The translations under genes and the position numbers were made by a program. A stretch of DNA of 64,000 nt, from the NCBI GenBank assembly GCA_951804945.1, contig OX638151.1, positions 75,454,001 through 75,518,000 of the forward strand, read 5' to 3'. The first letter of the stretch is position 1; every line of letters begins with the position of its first letter. The notes under the pieces were generated by a model, which searched no databases, was not told the origin of the DNA, and worked only from the letters and a program-made list of their open reading frames with translations. Positions 58,889 through 64,000 of this stretch are shown here, piece after piece. The DNA is from Podarcis cretensis (Eukaryota).

Positions 58889-60203
58889 TTCTATAATTAT
58901 TCTTTATGACACTCCAGATTGGGTTTTGGCTACTCCCCAAGACGAGTTTTTGCACAACAACAGGATCTTCCTCTTGAAACAACATCACCATAAGATCTAG
59001 GTCTACATATATTACCATTGAGAGGCTGCACTGATAATATCAGATCATGAGGAAGAGGAGCCTCTTAAGTAAGCAGGACCTAAGAAGGGAAATCTTCCTC
59101 TCCTATTGCTGTCTTTGGTTCTGCTATTCCACGAGTTTTCATAGTTGCCCAATGATCTTATCACATTGCCACAATTATACCAAGAACACCATTATTTTTT
59201 AAAGAAACCTCTTTTCTCTCTCCCTTCCTTCTCATACAGACTCCAGATACACTTCCTTTTCATACAGAATCCCTGGTTCAGGTCCAAACACCAGCATATG
59301 GTAGCCTGAGGTACTGCTGTCCATAAAACCAGATTGCTGTAGGTAGGAGATGGTAGCTAAAGGGAAACTCTGATCAATCTTGTGAAACAACTGCCATACC
59401 TAAGAAGCATCAAAACTTGATAGTCAAGTTGTACCGCCATCATTTGCAACTTTTAAGGGTATGATTGTCCTTGAATAGTTTCTGTCATTATCTGACTAAA
59501 GAGATTTGTATGGTAACAGTGTGAGGTGAAGCAATATTTCAACCTTCTTAATCATTCTCCTTTGAAAAAAAATAAACTAGATGGAAGGACTTGAAAAGCA
59601 TTTATAGAACACAAGCTCAGGCAAACTGAATCAGAGTTTATGAATGATAATCAGCTTTAATTGAAGACCATAACCTTTGTTTCCAATTATAGCTGACTCA
59701 CTTTGTTTATTTGTTCCTGTTGATCAAGGAAGTGTCTTTGTTCCTGAGGAAATACATTCTGTGGCTCCTCAGTCATGAACCATGACGGAGAGACCTTCTG
59801 AAAGTTTTCACTTATTTAAATGTAGGAGGATGTTGAGTGTGGGTTATATGTGCTCCCCCCTCTTCTTCTTTCTTGGTTGGTTAGGGCCCAGCATGATGAG
59901 ACTATTGAAGTAAACAGTTGGAGAAATGTTAAATATAGCTTAAACAAGAGGAAAATGACTTCCTCAATTTAGCTCAGTGATTTTGGAGAACAAGTATTGT
60001 CGGTACAATGCATAACATTACTAGCTACTTCCATATCAGTGTGGAATTGATATGTTTTAGTCATTCGCTTATTATGGGGCACCCACAAGACATTGCCATC
60101 CAATTGCTGTCCTCAGGGCTGGCCCAAGATATTTTGGTATCTGAGGCAAATCAGAAAATGGCATCTCCACCTGAGATCCATAGTTTGTTAAGGGATATAA
60201 ATA

Positions 60204-60378
60204 CAGTGCTTTTTTCTTAAAAAAATGTTTAGGGGTACTCTCATTTTGACTAAAAATATATATCACAATTTTATAGTTCAAATCGGGGAAAATAAATACA
60301 GTAAATGGACAAAAGTACAAAGATTCACAAAATGTTTAGGGGTATGTGTACCCCTGCATACCCCCAGAAAAAGCACTG
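60204..60378. mobile_element. hAT-type MITE
   Basis: TIRs CAGTGCTTTTT / AAAAAGCACTG; 8-bp TSD TATAAATA / TATAAAAA. Confidence 0.85.
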
Positions 60379-60509
60379 TATAAAAATTTGCAGATGCCTC
60401 TTTCCCAACTCCATTCATCTTTCTTTGCAAATTGCCTCTACTCCTTCCTCTTTGGAACAGACAATAGGGCTCCCAGAGAGGGAAGAAAAAGAGGAGAGCT
60501 TGCTATCTG

Positions 60510-61676
60510 TTTTTTTTATATATATATATAATAATATTTATTAAAGTTTCCAAAAAAAGTTACAAGAATAAGAACAGAAAAAGGAAAAAGAAACAAAAAA
60601 TACAAAATACAAAAAAGTAAAAACAATTAAAAACAAGTCAACCTTTCAATGCCTTAACTTTCATTTGCTTGTTTCCCTGACCTCCTCACACCTCCCTTTT
60701 TTGTATTCTAGTTCAATTAATTATTTCAGCAAATCCTTTCCATTTTTACTTTTATCTTACTAATTTATCTTAATATGTTATAACTTTACATTCTCATCTG
60801 TTAATAATCCATCTTTAAATACTCCTTTACAACATTACTACTAAAACCACATATCTTCATTCCAACATCCATCTAACATTCCTTAATTTTACAATATTTC
60901 TGTAAATAGTCTTTAAATTTCTTCCAATCTTCTTCTACCGACTCTTCTCCCTGGTCTCGGATTCTGCCAGTCATTTCCGCCAGCTCCATGAACTCCATCA
61001 CCTTCATCTGCCATTCTTCCTGGGTGGGTAAATCTTGTGTCTTCCAATACTTTGCAATGAGTATTCTTGCTGCTGTTGTGGCACACATGAAAAAAGTTCT
61101 ATCCTTCTTTGACACCAATTGGCCGACTATGCCCAGGAGAAAGGCCTCTGGTTTCTTCTGGAAGGTATATTTAAATACCTTTTTCATTTCGTTATAGATC
61201 ATCTCCCAGAAAGCCTTGATCCTTGGGCACGTCCACCAAAGGTGAAAGAATGTACCTTCAGTTTCTTTACATTTCCAACATTTATTATCAGGCAAATGAT
61301 ATATTTTTGCGAGCTTGACTGGTGTCATTTTCATAATATTCTCTCTTAAGGCATTACATGCCGTAAACTTCATACCTGTGGTCCATAACTGTTCCCAGTC
61401 AGCCAGCATAATGTTGTGTCCCACATCTTGTGCCCATTTTATCATAGCAGATTTCACCATTTCGTCCTGAGTATTCCATTTCAACAGCAAGTTATACATT
61501 CTTGACAGAGTCTTAGTTTTGGGATCTAACAGTTAAGTTTCCAATTTTGATTTTTCCACCTGGAAGCCAATTTTCTTGTCCAATTTGTATGCCTCCATTA
61601 TTTGATAATAGTGAAGCCAGTCTCGCACTTTGTCTTTTAGTTTTTCAAAGCTCTGCAATTTTCAATTTATCTCCCT
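60510..61676 (-). mobile_element. L1 insertion, 5'-truncated (ORF2 C-terminus 60873-61499)
   Basis: 16-bp TSD GAGAGCTTGCTATCTG at 60494-60509 and 61677-61692; CWKCKETEGTFFHLWWTC knuckle; AATAAA followed by a (TA)n/poly(A) tail. Confidence 0.95.
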
Positions 61677-62116
61677 GAGAGCTTGCTATCTGACTCCTGT
61701 TCTCCACTGCCTCACTCCCTCATGGTCTCCAGCCTTCAGCAGCTTCTTCAAACCATGGCCAGCACCTTCAAAGTTGCCTGGGCAAGCAAATAGGGTCCTG
61801 GTGGCTGCCCTGCATTGTTAGAGTTGTTGTTCTCAGCTCCACAGGCTACCATTAATTCTCCTTCTGGCTCCTGCCCAAGAAAAACTACAATTCTCAAAAC
61901 CCATTGTGAAGGGTTTACCAGGGATTCTGGAAATTGCTGGTGGCTCTTTGATTGGTTGCAAACAAGGAGCCAGCCTTAAAGGCACAACTGTGGTTTGCCA
62001 TGGTGTTCCCCACCTCCCACTACTAGGATACACATATAATCTACAAAGCCTGAAGCCACACTTACTCAAATGGCACATGAGCACTCATTTCAAGGATCTT
62101 CTATCTTCTGAGCAAG

Positions 62117-62229
62117 AGTCAGAGACTGGGCCAGAGAAGAGGGAGACAATATAGATTTACAACAGAGGTTTACGGGAGGTCACAGCTCAGAGGCGAGAAG
62201 CTGAGAAATATTGGGAGGAGAGCAGGAAT

Positions 62230-62271
<42 letters not shown>

Positions 62272-63984
62272 AACAATAATAATTTATTATTTATACCCCG
62301 CCCATCTGGCTGGGTTTCCCCAGCCACTCTGGGCAGCTTCCAACAAAATATTAAAATACAATAGGCTATTAAACATTAAAAGCTTCCCTAAACAGGGCTG
62401 CCTTCAGATGTCTTCTAAAAGTCTGGTAGTTGTTTTTCTCTTTGACATCTGGTGGGAGGGCATTCCACAGGGCGGGTGCCACTATTGAGAAGGCCCTCTG
62501 CCTGGTTCCCTGTAACTTGACTTCTCTCAGTGAGGGAACTGCCAGAAGGCCCTTAGTGCAGGACCTCAGTGTCCGGGCAGAATGATGGGGGTGGAGATGC
62601 TCCTTCAGGTATACTGGACCATGGCCATTTAGGGCTTTAAAGGTCAGCACCAAAACTTTGAATAGTGCCCGGAAATGTATTGGGAACCAATGTAGGTCTT
62701 TCAAGACCAGTGTTATGTGGTCTCAGTGTCCACTCCCAGTCACCAGTCTAGCTGCCGGATTCTGGCTTAATTGTAGTTTCCGGGTCACCTTCAAAGGTAG
62801 CCCCACATAAAGCGCATTGCAGTAGTCCAAGCGAGAGATAACCAGAGCATGCACCACTCTGGCGAGACAGTCCGCGGGCAGATAGGGTCTCAGCCTGCGT
62901 AGCAGATGGAGCTGATAAACAGCTGCCCTGGACACAGAATTAACCTGTGCCTCCATGGACAGCTGTGAGTCCAGAATGACTCCCAGGCTGCGCACCTGGT
63001 CCTTCAGGGGCACAGTTACCCCATTCAGGACCAGGGAATCCTCCACACCTGCCCGCCTCCTGTCCCCCCAAAACAGTACTTCTGTCTTGTCAGGATTCAA
63101 CCTCAATCTGTTAGCTGCCATCCATCCTCCAATCACCTCTAGACACTCACACAGGAACTTCACTGGTTCTGATTTGAAAGAGAGGTAGAGCTGGGTATCA
63201 TCCCCGCATACTGATGAACACCCAGCCCAAACCCCCTGATGATCTCTCCCAGTGGCTGCATGTAGATGTTGAAAAGCATGGGGGAGAGGACAGAACCCTG
63301 AGGCACCCCACAAGTGAGAGCCCAGGGGTCTGAACACTCATCCCCTACCACCACTTTCTGAACACGGCCTAGGAGGAAGGAGCGGAACCACTGCATAACA
63401 GTGCCCCTAGCTCCCAGCCCCTCTAGATGGTCCAGAAGGATGTTATGGTTGATGGTGTCAAAAGCCGCTGAGAGATCCAGCAGAACTAGGAAACAGCTCT
63501 CACCTTTGTCTCTAGCCAAATCATCGACCAGTGCGACCAAGGCAGTTTCAGTCCCAAGATGAGACCAGTGCGACCAAGGCAGTTTCAGTCCCAAGATGAG
63601 GCCTGAATCCCGAATGGAAGGGATCCAAATGGTCCACTTTTTCCAGGTGTGCAAGAAGCACCAGGGGAGAGACAGCTGACAGACTCAGTGTCTTTAGAAA
63701 GCATTCCAGACCCCCCCTCCTCCCAGAACCCCGGTGGGCATTGAAAGTAGGAGAACAGAAAGCTCAGAGGCAGAAAGCACAGATCAGCCAGCACAGGGAT
63801 GGTGTATAATAGGAGAGACGGAGGGGGTGGGGCTTTACTCGGAGCAACGCAATTACTGAAATAGAGGCACCTTCCTAAGCCTCTCTCTGTGAATATTGAA
63901 TCAAAGACTTGGTAAGAACTCTTCTTGTTTATCTGATTCTTGGCGGCCCACCATGGGAGGGATCAGATTCACTGAAGCCTGACA
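62117..63984 (+). mobile_element. Solo LTR (Gypsy-like, ~440 bp) split by an L2 insertion
   Basis: 5-bp TSD GCAAG at 62112-62116 and 63985-63989; termini AGTCAG (inferred T>A change) and CCTGACA; the halves join as GAGCAGGAA|GAAGCACC. Confidence 0.8.
62229..63652 (-). mobile_element. L2 LINE 3' fragment with most of the RT domain
   Basis: HLDPFHSGFR, TETALVALVDDL, LLDLSAAFDTINH, GVPQGSVLSPMLFNIY; YADD broken by a 2-nt insertion; (TTG)n tail; highly similar to 49831-50803. Confidence 0.96.
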
Positions 63985-64000
63985 GCAAGCTACTTTGACA

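Noticed and set aside
59205-59345. Plus-strand exon after a strong pyrimidine tract (CTTCTCATACAG, repeated)
   Set aside because: Acceptor-like only; no recognisable coding frame or partner exons.

Overview
This is eukaryotic, not microbial, DNA. It is a repeat-rich 64 kb segment of a squamate reptile genome; the Sauria-SINE subfamilies and MITE content suggest a lacertid lizard (inference). I could not confidently identify any host protein-coding exon, rRNA, true tRNA or CRISPR array, so the window is probably a long intron or intergenic DNA. Almost all long ORFs belong to transposable elements: eight Sauria SINEs of several subfamilies, two 5'-truncated L1 copies with exact target-site duplications (TSDs), a Bov-B and a second RTE fragment, L2 and CR1 fragments, two Gypsy-like solo LTRs with 5-bp TSDs, and many hAT, Tc1/mariner and Harbinger-like MITEs, some nested three deep. 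The most interesting object is a ~1.75 kb minus-strand L1-like element at 33867-35986. It has a CpG-rich structured 5' leader and an L1-type 3' UTR with an A-rich tail, but no ORF2. Removing a younger SINE and one TSD copy restores an uninterrupted 190-aa ORF, so it is a candidate non-autonomous, protein-coding 'half-L1' family. Two other signals stand out: both solo LTRs carry an acidic-then-basic reading frame from LTR base 2, and the Sauria SINE/Bov-B 3' hairpins show compensatory base changes. All family names come from motif recognition by eye, not database searches.
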